This document shows, piece after piece, positions 14,317-28,971 of a stretch of 64,000 nt of DNA. The DNA comes from Blepharisma stoltei ATCC 30299 (lineage: Eukaryota > Protista > Ciliophora). Position numbers and translations under genes: made by a program. Under the pieces are notes generated by a model. The model worked only from the letters and a program-made list of their open reading frames with translations. It was not told the DNA's origin and searched no databases. The stretch spans positions 1 to 64,000 of the forward strand of contig CBFDEM010000064.1 of NCBI GenBank assembly GCA_965603825.1. Direction: 5' to 3'. Every line of letters begins with the position of its first letter. Within the stretch, counting starts at the first letter, position 1.

Positions 14317-15013
14317 TAGATTAAAAGTAAATTGTAATAAGAAGTAATCTCTTTTATTCCAAAGCAATATAATGATAGTTTAATAAAAAATGAGAGCTCG
14401 CACAATATATATATATTAAGTCTCTAGCTCCTGTTTGTGTCAAAAAATATCTCTTGTCAGAGCTCTAAGTCTTAATTTTTAGAGTTATAAGTTTTACCGC
14501 TTTTGTGAATTAGTGCTATAAGACATCTATTTTCCCTTCCAATATTTTTCTCTTTGCGCCTATTTTTAAATACTTCAACTATGATATTGTTAAATCTCCT
14601 GAAATGCATTCAGAACTAAGCCCGCCCTATCCAAGCTTTATTATTGTTTATTTGTTTTCTAGATAAGATTATTTAGGGAATACATTTGATTTTCATTTAT
14701 GGTAAAATTCATACTATAAAGATCTGAATGAAATCACTTTCAAATTTAATTCATGCCTTACTTGCCAATTACCATACCATATTTATCCATATTCTAACCG
14801 GTTAAAATATAGCTTTTTCCCCTGGTTTTATTTGCTTATCTTCTTATTTTTCTTATTTCTTTTTCTTTTATTTTCTCTTCAAAGTTGGAGTTTGTTTTTT
14901 CCTTTTCTCTTATAAGAATAAGAGATTTCAGATTATTAATAAGTCTATAGTTTATAAGCTTACTGTTAATAAATTTTCTAAATAAATCTTTTTATTTTCT
15001 TAATATTCCATTT

Positions 15014-18000
15014 ATGACTGAATCTGAAGCCAGTTATTGTCATAATGACAACTTTTTAAAGTTCACCAACAGAAAATCTATTTCAAATGCAATTTTCGAA
15101 TTTTATTACCAACTCTACTATAAAATCAATTGAGAAGAAAATTCTAAACTTTGACAAAAAGGTAAAGTAGCAATAGAGGGTGTGATATGATGCCTCCAAA
15201 TAATAAGCTTACTGTGGCTTCCAGATATGTCTATCAGTAATTGAAATAAAAATATGATCATATGGAAGATCATAGGATATGTAAAATTTGACAATGTTTG
15301 CTCAGAATTAGGGATTATCAGTGAATGCTTAATTTTATCAGTGTTATTTAACTGTGCTAGTTTTTTGATATTTATTAGTTTTTTTACTGCTATTTATAAT
15401 TCTTATAGCATACCCATTCTCATTTTGAACATCTTCCGCTACCTTTTTAGCTTATGGATAACTTTTTTTTTTATACCCTCAATTCAGCTTTTTACAATTT
15501 TTCTCAAATACAATTTTTTTCCTCAGGATAAAATTGCAGAATATCAAAATCACAATGATTCTTCAGAGTTTGAAATTAGCTTACTATGTCAAATTGGAAT
15601 AATATTTTCAATGATATTCGCAATGGTTCTAATTTTGCTAAACACACAATTTTCTGGGGATATTCGACATTCTCTGCATAAATTAATAATAATTGCTAAA
15701 GCACATTCACTAGTTGATACTCATATAGCTATTTTTACCTATTTTTGGCCAGTTTTTTATTCTATACTTGCTAAAAATTTTATTATACACTTGCAAATAT
15801 TAGCTATTATTTTTTCAGCGATTTTGATCAGAGAAACTATGGTACTTCGCCCTTATTTTTCTTTTTATTACAGCTCAATAGTTATTCTGCGATTATTTTT
15901 TATAGCATTTGTATCTCTTATTTTTATTTTGGGTCGATTAATGGACAACTCATTGGTTATATCTATACTTGCCATTATTTTAGGGCCATTATTGTCTATT
16001 TTTATCGTTCTGTTTACCAAAAAATCAAAAATTACTAAAAATATCCCTGAAGACATTCAAAATATAAATTCTGAATACGAATTAGAAAAATATTTAAGAC
16101 ATGCATTATGCTCAAACGATTTTGAAAATAAAGACAAGATAATTCAAATTTTTGAAAATTTCTTTATAGATAAAAAATTAAATTGTAGTAAACTACTTGC
16201 CATATGAGAAGCAAACTATTGTTTATTTACATTAGAAGATAAAACATTAGCCAATGTCAAGATTGCTAAAAATAAAGAAATTTCTGATTTCAATATAGAA
16301 GCACATTATCAAGAATATTTCTGCAATAAAATTATCTCAAGCAACCATTTGTCTGATAGCTTAAATTTTTCTAACTTTTTTGCTGAATTCCAGATTGCTA
16401 AAAGAAAAGATAAAGATTTATGCATCAATTTACTGAGTTTTTTAAATGAAATTACTTCTATTAAGCCAAATTTGAAATATTTAAAAAAGCAGTTGAACTC
16501 AATAGACGAAGATATTTCAGTTTTGAATAAGCAATATAGCCAGTTATCATTAAAGTATTTCAATTCTAAAGAACTTTTATCTCTTTATGCTTCATATGCA
16601 AAAGATATCATTTATGATTTAGAAAAATCTTCTTTAATTGAAATGAAAATAAAATCTTTCGATCAATTTTTTTCTAGTTCGATTATCGATACTAGCACTT
16701 TCAGCTTTTTAAATGAAAATAATGGAATTTTAATAATTTCAAATGAATTTGAAAACTTTGGAGAAATTCTCTATGCAAATCACAAATCAGCTGAAATTTT
16801 AAGACTTCCTTTAAATAATTTTATCAATGACAATTTTTTTAATTTTTTCCATCCTTACCATAAAGAAAGAATTGCAAACGGAGCCAAGAAATTTGTTCAA
16901 TTTAGTTCATCATTAGAAACATACTTAAGCCAAGGCTTTTTTTTAAATCTCCCAAACAATTTATTAGAATGCGTTGGAAAATTATCAGTAACAGTAATAA
17001 ACAATTTTATTGTCTCTATATTGATTTTTAGAGAAAAAGAAATCAAGAATCAAGTTGCCTTAATTTCAGATGATTACGAAATAATTTGCCACTCTGCTAA
17101 TTTTCAAAGATTTTTAGGAAATCCTAATAATAATTTTGTAGGAACAAACATCAAAAAATTATTTTTTGATTCAGAAGAATTTGATATCAAGCCTTTTGTC
17201 GCTTATAAGTTACCAAATTTTTTAGATAAAATGCATTTAGTCTACTCATATTACGAAATTTATGGAATAAAAGTCCCTTATGCAATATTAATAAAAGGAG
17301 ACGAAGCAATCAAAGCATGGAAGATTGAAGAGCTCGCCCTTAATAATAAAAAAGAAAAATTGCAGGTTGCGGGCAGTCTTTTGTCAGTAAAGATATCAGA
17401 TTCATTTGCTACTTCCAGAACTATCAGATCATTTCATAAAGAAAACCATTCTGAAGAAGATTTGGAATCAAAAATAGACTTATATCGATTTACTAACGAA
17501 GCCCCTGACGAATATGATTTTTCAGATAAAAATGACGAAAATAAGTCCCAGTACTCAGCGAGTTCGTCTCAAAACAAATTTCTCAATATGCTACAAATTT
17601 CATCAAAGTCCATAAATATCCTTAATCTGGCTTTTATTTTTGCTGTGATTTTTATTTAGGTTTTAACTGTTTTAGCCGTCAATATAGCAGTATTGGTCTA
17701 TGCTTTTTCTAAAATTAATATAATAAGCGATGTGGAGCTGCCATTATATATTGGAAGAGCTGGAAAATATTTTCAGCAAGTTGCTTTATATTCTCATATG
17801 GTCTTTCAGTGTTACGCTTCTCAAATGCCTGAAGTAATCGCTCTTGTGCCAGACATATTCAGTAGAGATGTGAGCTCCTTGGCAGATTTTGAAACGCTTT
17901 ACTCGAATATGACAATAAAGTCAAAAAACTGAAACCACTGTTCAGGTCAAAACATTATAAACGATGTAAATGTTGATTTATGACCAACAGATGGCGGAGT

Positions 18001-19197
18001 TAATCCAAAAAAAGTAAATTTGGTGAAAGCTGTAGCAGAATTTATAAACCATGTATAATTTATTTAGGGAAGGGATTTTACAAATAAATTTAATGACAGT
18101 TCAAGTTCGTTTGGAAACATATATGATCAGCTCCTTTTTTTAATGATGAATGGGTATGGAGAATCACTCGATTACTGCTATAGTTCGTTAAATGATATAA
18201 TAAACTGTCAAGAATCTACAATGGGAGACTTTAGAACCCAAATGTCGGTTCTTTTGTTGTCAGGGCCTATTGCTTTTGCTGTGTGTATTGTGCTTATATT
18301 TCCTTTTTACTATTCAATTTTTAAAATCGAAAATGAGTTTTGGAGTAATGTCAGAAAAAGTGTTTGTACCTCATATTTTGACTACAAACAAGCAATTTTA
18401 GATAGATTAAGAGACGTCCACTTTGAGGAAAATATTACATTTTCCAATCAAAAACCTTCTAAAAATCCAAGCACTTTTAAAAGTTATTCAAGGTATTTTG
18501 AAGAGCAATTATTTATTTTGCGATTGTTTCTTGTTTTTGTTTAATAAATGTGTTTTATCTTTATGACCAATGTGCGAATTATCTATCTAATCGGCCTGAA
18601 GTTATCAAAAAATTAATTCAATCACAACTCTTGTATACAGACTTAGTTATATGAGCATTTCAAACCGCATCAAATATGTGGGGTTTTCCATTTTGCCTAA
18701 AATATCCTTCTGGATGCCCTTTTTCTCAATCTGACACCAACCTTAGCGAGATTCTAACAAATATCCAAATCACAGCCTTAGCTTTAAGAAATCCCAAATT
18801 TTCTGATATTTTATCTCAAGAATTTAAAGATCTGTTATATAAAAACAATCCAGAATTTTCAAAGGATTGTTTTGCGTTTGGGACGTATTCAGCTCAGAAT
18901 AGCTTAACGTTTGAAATGCATGCTCATGCGTATGTAAGTTCTCCTCCGGCTGAATTATTAACTTTCATGTGAGATACATTGTATATCGCTGATTTTTATG
19001 ATAGAAGTGTAGCTGAAATTGATGATTACTCAAAAAGTGTGATTAATAATCAAATGAGTATTATTGCTAATTCGCTGACTGGATTTATTTTATGTACATT
19101 TGTAGCTTATATTGGATTTTATTTGCCTTTTTTCAAATATGAAAAAAAATATTTGCAAAAAATAAATTCGATTCTTAAAATCATACCTAATAAATAA
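15014..19197 (+). CDS. TM-PAS protein copy 2 (tandem paralogue; 1-nt frameshift at ~18496-18499)
   Basis: Colinear and highly similar to 10132-14316 with the same two introns. Has T4 where copy 1 has T5 (tattttgaaga vs tatttttgaaga). Confidence 0.75.
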
Positions 19198-20145
19198 TAG
19201 AATAAAATAAATTGTTATAGGAAGTAATCTCTTTTATTCCAAAGCAATATCTAATACGTGGAATTACAATAACTTCTTTAATGTCAATTTTTAAAAAATA
19301 ATAAAATAATTTGAATAGGAATACTTTCAAATTTCATCCATGAATTGCAGGCAATTGCCACACCATATTTATATATCCTAAACGCTTTCAATATAAGCTT
19401 TTCCCCTTAATTTTACTTGCTTGTCTTCTTTATTTTTCTTATTTCTTTTTCTTTTATTTCCCCTTCCAATTTGTTGTTTGCTAAAATGATGTTTATTCTC
19501 TTATCTTTTTCTTTTTTTCCTTTTTTTCCTTTTTTTCCTTCTTCTCCTTATTTCTATTTTACTGTCCTTTTCTTTTTGTTCTTCTAAAAAATCTGTCCCT
19601 AAGTCCAATTTCTAATAAGATCTTTTTTTTCTACTTTGCCTATTGAAATTTCATACATGCGCAATTTCTTTCGATACTGATGGTTTCACGATTGACCAGA
19701 CTCTAATATAAATCTTATGAAAACAAATATTTTGAGTATTCATCTGCAGCTAATCAGGCCAAGATTCAAACCGATTAAATGCAATTAAGTTTCATTGAAT
19801 GCCGTGCTCAGCTTCTTACAGAATAGCTCATAAAGGATAAACTACATTCTTCAACTAAAACAATAAAATATTTTATCAATTCTTTCTGAGTTTTCTTCAT
19901 AAAAACATATATATATAAATTAAATTGAGAAGGAAGTTTATATTTCAATGCTCAGACATAAAGATACCATATGATATGCTGCAAGGCTTTAATCTTTATA
20001 ATGGAAAATATAATTATTGTCTATTAGATAAACTTAATAAGTTGAAAATTCTTTAATTCTTTTGTTATTATTGCTGAATTTTGAAATAATAGCACAGAAG
20101 CATTTCTAATAAATAATTAAAATAAAATATATAAATCCATTTTTT

Positions 20146-21357
20146 ATGAATTGGCTTTCAGATAGCATAGAAATAACTGAGTTCGATGAAGACCTCGAAC
20201 AGCAACTCATTGACCTTGAGCGATCTTCAGCAGCACCAATGGGAAATACTTTCCCATTGACACACATAAAAGCCTGCACAGTTTTTTACGAAAAATATTC
20301 TTCAATTCCAAGCCAATTTTTGAAATGGAAAATTGTGATTGCCCGAGACAAAAAACTCAATAAAGTTATAGGTGTCATCAACGGGATCATAAAAGAAGTC
20401 TATTTGAATGGAGATTTAGTCATATTAGGACAGATGTTTGGCTTAAAAGTGCATAAAAGATATCAAAAGAAAGGGATTGGCCACATGCTCTGCAAACAAA
20501 TGGAAAGCGACCTTGAACACCTAGGGGCTGTCTCTATTTATGTAAGAATTGAGTCTTTTAATACAGACGCTGAAAAACTATATACAAATCGGTTAAAATA
20601 CCATGAAATTGCTAATCAAAAAGTCAAATTGATTAGCCCTAGAAGCAGTGCTAAGCAGCTTCAGCAAATAACAACTGAAACAGCTTATAAATTAACTAAA
20701 GAGTACTATGATAAGAAAGATATGGCACTTTCAGACATCTGGCCTTTATTTAAATCTCCGTATTATTTAGCTACTTATGTAGTAGAGACATCAAACCAGG
20801 ATATTGCTGGAATTTCGCTGTGATATGCTTCAGGACTGTCAGATATGAGCATTATTCAAGTACTATTTGACGTAAAGAATTTGCAAAAGCCTCATATTTT
20901 CTTATTAGTGCTCATGTCCTTGATATTTATTTTATTTTTGTATTTTTATTTTATTTATAAGGGCTATTATGAGCTAAATTCTCGCTTAATGATTCTCTTA
21001 TATATCCCAGCTATTTCTTGGCTTTCGCTAAAATTCCTGACCTTAGTTTTTACTTTGCTGAAATATGGGAAATTTGCTATTTTTCGATCTAAGAGAAGAC
21101 GAGGTAGGACTTTTGGGTATTTTTTTAAAGGTAGACCCTCGATTCAAAGGCAGCTTACATATGAGCTGATAGAAGGACTTAGCAGAGAAGCAGCGAATAA
21201 TAAGCTAGAATACATCTTATTTGAATATTCAGAAAATGACCACATGACGAACTATTTTCATACCCATAATTTTTCTAGGATTTATCTATATAAAACTCTA
21301 GATGAAACTACATTTAGCGGACTTCCTACACTAAGTTTTGTAGATCCAAGAGATTAA
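20146..21357 (+). CDS. GNAT acetyltransferase, HOOKLESS1-like, with a hydrophobic insertion
   Basis: Acetyl-CoA motif A LKVHKRYQKKGIG. Joined through TGA 20821-20823 (AGISL-W). Two TM-like segments in the C-terminal half. Confidence 0.75.
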
Positions 21358-21371
21358 TAAAATTTAATTTC

Positions 21372-22211
21372 TTACATTATTAAACAACTTGCACAAATAT
21401 TTGCAGATCTCCCTGGCTCAATTTGTTTTTGGGAATTTGGAAGGTTTGTAGAGTAATGCGTATTTTTTTCACTTACAAATGATTTTTGAGGCTGTTTAAA
21501 TGATGAATTTGTGTCACCTGACTTAACTGATCTTGTTTTTTTAGCTGGGTTTATCGGTATACTTCTAATATCATCCATTACAACTGAAACTGTTTTTCCG
21601 CCTAAATAAACCAGCAGCAGCCCTAATAAGCTTCCAAATTTTCCATGAACGATTGTAGACTTATGCAAAACAAGTAAAATCCCTTTATCAATCATCAATT
21701 TTGAAATCTGATTTTGACTGAGCAATTGGCCATTTCCCCCAATTATTTCAAAAGGGGTTTCTTCTAAACACAAAATTTGTTGATACCAGCTTTCTTTTCT
21801 AGAAAAATCAAACTTTGTAAGAACCACAGAGCTGTTAAAAGGTAAATAAGGATATATAGATTTTGCAATAAAAGATGGGCAGCCTTGAGCCATCTCTAAA
21901 TTATTTTCTTTTCATGCGTTAATCCCACCTAATAACACCCTGACATCTTCAAAGCCAGCTGCTCGAAACCCCCAATAAGCTTTGCAAGAGTACTGATGGT
22001 CGCCTGTATCATAACAAATTAGTGTTTTGTCGTCATCTATTTCTACTGATCTCGCTTGCTTTATGAATAACTCCCCATCTTCTTCTATATTGTACAAAAT
22101 TGAGTTTGGGATGTGCTCATTTGGTAGTCTGAGACCTGGGACACAGTATATAAGTGTGTAAGTGTCTGGGGATTTGTATTTGTACTCCTCGAGATCAATA
22201 AAAGGGTTCAT
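21372..22211 (-). CDS. Rhodanese-domain protein with C-terminal CaaX (CLIM)
   Basis: HIPNS and ICYD...AYWGFRAAGFEDVRVLLGGINA-W (TGA 21912-21914) rhodanese signature; ends CASCLIM. Confidence 0.75.
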
Positions 22212-22274
22212 CTATTTTTGGATTATTTTATTTTATTTCTGAGAAAATCTAAATCATTAATTATCAGAAAATTT

Positions 22275-22595
22275 TTATTTGCCTCTTTGATTTTCGCTTG
22301 CTGTTTGGCCTTCATCCTCATCTTTTATACAATTAATTCGACAAAATTTCGAGCAAAATATTTTTCAGAAAGAAATTTCTTCTTCTTTGCTGTCAATTGA
22401 ATCAATTGAACTATTGGACTGGATAGGTACTTTATTTTCAGCATGAAACGATGCGCTTTGATTTGCAAGGGAGTCTATTGTAGATTTTGATTTCAGTCGC
22501 TCTAGCCTATCCCGTTCTAGTTTGGCTAGAAGTTCTTTGGACTACGTGAAACTTACATTTGGGAGTTTTAAATTTTTGGCTGTTATTACGTTCAT
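22275..22595 (-). CDS. Small hypothetical protein (101 aa), absent from the ORF track
   Basis: ATG at 22595, 15-nt intron 22542-22556 (gtaagtttcacgtag), one TGA-Trp, TAA at 22275-22277. Begins MNVITAKNLKLPN|SKELLAKLERDRLERLK. Confidence 0.7.
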
Positions 22596-22964
22596 TCTAT
22601 TTTATAAACCAGCTAGCTTATTAGTTTATTATTGATAGTAATTTTAATGAATTTTTTTAAAAAATACCAAGTTATCGAAATTATACTTGGTTTTGCAATA
22701 ATTACTGGATTTTGAAGCGTTAAAAATAATATTTATCAAATTTTTGTATGAATTTCCAGAAAATTCTATTGAAGCTGCTATAGAAATATATTTTATGATA
22801 AGGCCTGCATAAAGATTAACTTTAAACCCTTCAAATTATGCGATTTTTATTTTAATTTCTTTAATCTATAATATTTTCAAATTTAAACTGTAAAATAATC
22901 AACAGGTTTTTTCAATTAAAAATCTTTTATTATTTCATATAAAAAATTAAAAATTACTTTATGC

Positions 22965-24014
22965 TTAAAGAGGTCTCGTAGAAGTCAACGAGCAGTCTTC
23001 ATTTGAATTTTCAACAAAAAACTCGTGCTCAAGTACTTGTTGAGCTGTGGGTCTCAAGAACTGGTCTCTCTGTAAGCACATATGTATCAAACTTTTTAAT
23101 GTCCTTGAGCACTTAGGTATTATAGGGTAGTTATCTGGGGTTGAAATCAGCTTTAGTACCTCCTTTGCGTCCTTTGAATAATTTGACCAAGGTGGCTGGC
23201 CAGATGACATTTCTATTAAAACACATCCTAGAGACCAGATATCAGCTGAATAAGTATGGCCTTCTCTTAACACCACCTCTGGAGCCATCCAATACGGGCT
23301 TCCTTTCAAAGATCGAGACAATTTCCCTTCATTTTCTAAAAATTTTTTAGATGACCCAAAATCAGTCAGTTTAACAATTCCACTTGTCGTCACCAATACA
23401 TTGGCAGACTTTAAATCTCTATGAATAATCCCGTTTTCGTGCAAATAGGCAAGTCCTCTTACAAGCTGTTTTCCATAGTTTTTTATGACTTCTTCTTCAA
23501 GAAAATCGTATTTTTGCAAAATTTTTTTTAAAGAGCCTCCAGGCACGTATTCAAGCATGACGTCAATAGAAGTCATTTCGTTAGAAAGCTCTGTCTGATA
23601 ATACTGGACAACGTTAGGGTGGTTTAACTCTCTTAATAAAGTAATCTCATTTTTTAAGTTTATGAATTCTCGTTCAATTTTTTTGGGGTCATCGCTTAGC
23701 TATGTAAAAATTACTCTAAAATGTTTGACGGCTAAAAGTTCTCCTGTTTCAATATTCATACATTGGTAGACTTTTGCATAGGCTCCTTCACCAATTAGTT
23801 CCCCACGCTTTCATCTAATGATTTTACCAGTACGAGGAGTGGAGAGATCTGTAAAGGTATTTTCGGAAGCTTCGCCTTGGTAAAGGACGCTTTTGCGCTG
23901 GCGAGCTTGCTCAAGCTGTGTTGGGAGATTTAAACGAACAATATTTGGCTTTTCTTCTCTAGGCTCGCCTACTTGTATGCGAACTGCAGAACGATGGCAG
24001 CATCCGTTTCCCAT
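22965..24014 (-). CDS. STE11/MAP3K (NPK1/ANP-like) Ser/Thr kinase with N-terminal MGNGCC acylation motif
   Basis: IR-W(TGA)-KRGELIGEG, LAVK, HRDLKSAN, DFG, GSPYWMAPE; 15-nt intron at 23700-23714. Confidence 0.9.
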
Positions 24015-24386
24015 GGAATATAAATTAAATATATATATGAATTTTATAGCAAACCATTGCAATGACAGAATATTTAAATTTGTGGTTTGAGGATTTTAAT
24101 GAATATTATTAAAGTTTTTATGAATAATTCTATTTTAAAATCTTTTGTGTCTCCTTGGGCTATGTAAATGGTTCTTGAGACTAATACTTTCTTAGGAAAT
24201 AGCAAATGATTAATTTTCTATATATTTAAAGGTATTATAAGATGGCTCAGCTATTCAAATTAATTTTCCTTAAAATGTTTATAATTTTTAGACTTTTTTA
24301 CAATTATCATTTTATTATAAAATAAAACTTATCTGACTTTGAAACGTAGAAAAAAATTAATTTCATATCCCATATTTGAATTTAAA

Positions 24387-24824
24387 ATGAATTGCATAAC
24401 CTCAAGACCTCAAGTCCTAAGACCACGCACAGATAGCATGATGAATATTCAGCCGATCTCCTCTTGTATCAATAAAACCTTCCGTAAATTTTCCTTTGAC
24501 AACGATACTCGTGATGCAAGAAATGTTATCAATCCATCAAAATTCAAGCAAAGACCTATAGACTCAAATAAAGAAAATTTTTGCTCAGAAAATCAGGCAA
24601 CACCCAAGGAATCATTCCAAACAAGAAATCAAAAACTAAAGAGGCCAATGAGAAAAGGATTAAAAAAATACTTACCAAAACAAGAGCAACCTGCAATTTC
24701 CATCAAAAATTCGTTTTATGAGATATTAGACCAAGTAGAGACAGAGCTTGATAGGATGGAAGATCTATGGAATAGCGTAACGATTCCTCACGATTTTTTT
24801 TCAGATGAGGAAAATATTATTTAA
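24387..24824 (+). CDS. Hypothetical protein (~145 aa)
   Basis: Open frame from ATG 24387 to TAA; no domain recognised. Confidence 0.6.
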   Translation: MNCITSRPQVLRPRTDSMMNIQPISSCINKTFRKFSFDNDTRDARNVINPSKFKQRPIDSNKENFCSENQATPKESFQTRNQKLKRPMRKGLKKYLPKQEQPAISIKNSFYEILDQVETELDRMEDLWNSVTIPHDFFSDEENII

Positions 24825-24830
24825 ATTAAA

Positions 24831-25136
24831 TTACCAAACTAGCTTTATAGTTTTCCCTTCTAATTTTTCACTAACTTGTATTTGGCATGAACACCTAGTT
24901 GATTTTTCATCTCCCATTGATTTCAGCAGCATCAATTCTTCAATTTTAGGTGCTCCTGCAAGCGAATGATCAATATTAACTGCACATGACCCACATTCTA
25001 GCTTAAATCCACAATGTGAAAAATCAGGGTCTCCAATTCCAGAGTCCTTGATTACCTGTGCAAGTCTTGTGTTTACAGCTGCTTGTGTTTCTAATATTTT
25101 TGTCCCTCTCTGAAGGATAAATCTAACACAAGCCAT
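24831..25136 (-). CDS. 2Fe-2S ferredoxin (adrenodoxin-type)
   Basis: CGFKLECGSC...RCSCQ, matching C-x5-C-x2-C...R-x-x-CQ. Confidence 0.85.
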   Translation of the reverse strand: MACVRFILQRGTKILETQAAVNTRLAQVIKDSGIGDPDFSHCGFKLECGSCAVNIDHSLAGAPKIEELMLLKSMGDEKSTRCSCQIQVSEKLEGKTIKLVW

Positions 25137-25175
25137 ACTTAATTTATTCTAAAAAGACTATTATTTCATTAAAAG

Positions 25176-26543
<1,368 letters not shown>

Positions 26544-26589
26544 TATATTAACATAAGCAACTGCAGACAATTTTAATTTTATCTATAGA

Positions 26590-27018
26590 TTAGTGAGCTT
26601 CTTCCTGAAGCAGTTTATCATATTTGACTCTATCAAGCAATTTTTCTAATTCTTCAGCCTTATCCACTTGTAGTTTAGCAACCCAACCATCGGATTCAGC
26701 TGCATTATTAACCAATTCAGGGGTTTTTGATAAACCAGAATTAATTTCAACAACCTTTCCTGAAATTGGGGAATAAATATCAGCAACAATTTTTACACTT
26801 TCAACAGCCCCTATAACATCGCCTTGTTTAAAGTGAGTCCCAATCTCAGGAAGATCCAAATGGACCACATCGCCAAGCTGAGACTGGGCATGATCGGTAA
26901 TTCCTATTGTCCCGATTTTACTAGCAGCATTATAGCTAACCCATTCGTGGTCTTTTGTAAAATAAGTGGAGAATCTTCGAATTGGGAATGAAGAAAGCTT
27001 GATCCGTGACAGCCACAT
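26590..27018 (-). CDS. GCSH: Glycine cleavage system H protein, mitochondrial
   Basis: FTKDHEWV, IGITDHAQSQLGDVV, lipoyl motif VESVK, presequence ..RRFS. Confidence 0.95.
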   Translation of the reverse strand: MWLSRIKLSSFPIRRFSTYFTKDHEWVSYNAASKIGTIGITDHAQSQLGDVVHLDLPEIGTHFKQGDVIGAVESVKIVADIYSPISGKVVEINSGLSKTPELVNNAAESDGWVAKLQVDKAEELEKLLDRVKYDKLLQEEAH

Positions 27019-27272
27019 TTAATAAGGGTCTTTAGGTGATTTTTTAAATCAAACGGAAAAGAGAAATAAAGACATGGATGATAATAAAAAAAAAGTTTTA
27101 GAAAAGATAGAGAAAACTCGCACAAAATATTGAAAAATCAGGCAATTTGTATTAAAAAAAACCTTTGTGTAGAAAAATGGACGAAATGCTAATTTGTATG
27201 AGAATTTAATAAAATTCAATTATTTTCTATTTATTTCCAAATAATAATCATAAAATATTTATTCATAATTCA

Positions 27273-28682
27273 TTAGTTATAAGATACCCTGACTACTGGC
27301 CTTTCTCCATGTTTCATGCTTGAAGTATCAGACAATGCGAAGTACTGCGAAACTGCTGTGTTGACTTGTCTCCTCATTTCGTCTTTCATCTCTCTCTTCA
27401 TCCACATCCTATAGAAAACTAAAATGACCCCTACAAGCACTACGCATAATGTTAAAATCAAAATAATGGTCCCAGCACCTGTACCTTTATTATCGTCCTC
27501 TTGAGGTACTGGGGTTCCTTTGCAAAACTCAGGGTCTTGGCCATAGCTATACCCAGCGCATAATGCTCTTACTACTGGATCAGTTTCCCAGTCACCTCTG
27601 TATGTTTGGTTATTGACGACTAATGCTGGATAAAATGAAGCTGATGCGTTCGCCCAGGACTCTCTTTCAGCTTTAAGTAGAATATTGTCTACTATTAACG
27701 GGTCGCCTTCTAAAAAGCTTTCTTTTACGCATAATTTCACTTTTTTTACGTTCACGCCAGCTTTTTTCATGGCTGCTTCTGAGCAACTTTCAGTCACATT
27801 TCCTGTGCAAAGTTCTGTGTAATATTTAATATAATTGAACCATAGGGAATAGGTATCCTTTTTTTCTGTTTCTCTATAAATGCAGATTTCTCTAAGGTCT
27901 TCGTAGATGTAATCTCGTCCTGTAGCGTCTACGCCTAATGGAGGTTCTATACAGTATCGTCCCCCGCTTAAGCAATTTGGTTCGGCTTTGCCAAAGTAGT
28001 CAACACTGCACCAAATGCAATAGCTAGTCACATAATGTGGTCTAAATAATGCACTTTCCTTTTTAATCCCACTAGCTATAGGTGCGAATTCCTTTAAGAA
28101 ATCATAAACATGAGGGACTTCTGATGACATATAAACACCGTAATTGATTTTACTCCCATTATGAGGCACATCAAAAGTCAACGACAAAGCAACATGACGC
28201 GTATAGGTACTATTATTAATATATCTTTGTATAAGCTCGCCGTCTGACTTAGAAATCAGAAAAGTAGGGATAAAAATATTCCCAGCAGACCCATTGTCAA
28301 TCATAATCACGTTTTCAGGGTTCTCATCTTTATTATCGACTACTATAAGAGCTCTGGCGCCGATGTCTTGGGCATGTCTAGCTTTTACGCTGAAATAGCA
28401 AGACCCTCTGTTTACAAGGAGAATTGGGGTGTTGATTTGGTCTGGATCGTCAGTTCAGTCAAATGGTGCCATACGTTCACAAGCGTCAGATTGGGATGCA
28501 CGGTAAAATACACGGCCAACTATGACTGACCCATAGGGAGGATTTCCGAAGTTTGCCAAAGAATTTCTGATTTCTCCGTGGGAGTATCTGTTTTGCATCT
28601 CAAGCCTTAGCGCATCAGGAGAATAAACATACATTCTACCGATGGCTAAGCTGAGAAAACAGAGAAGGAGAAGTTTGGACAT
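27273..28682 (-). CDS. Vacuolar sorting receptor (BP-80/VSR-like, PA domain), 469 aa
   Basis: Signal peptide, ANFGNPPYG, PA domain, NCLSGGRYC, single TM, QYFAL tyrosine motif; TGA at 28455-28457. Confidence 0.88.
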
Positions 28683-28971
28683 AAATTAGTTTATAATGAT
28701 AAATGGAAAAATAAATAAAAGGATAAAGCTTTAGAAAGAGAGAAGAGGAAAAAAACAGATTTGGGTGAAAAATAGAGGATAAGGGATAATTTAACGAATT
28801 GGATTTGGAAAAAGCTAACGGAGTACGAATTTGAATGTGTAGAGGAATTAAAAATGAAGGAAAATTATGAGGTAAATTGAATTATTTTTGGATGAGCTGA
28901 ATGGGAATATTTTGATAATTTGAAATTATTGGAAATGAAGAATTATATAAAATGCTGTTATTTAAAACTTA

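Noticed and set aside
6255-15133. UGA=Cys, suggested by TGA aligning to TGC/TGT in paralogues (6255-6257; 15131-15133 vs copy 1)
   Set aside because: These are single third-position changes at variable sites. At invariant positions in conserved proteins TGA always aligns with Trp.
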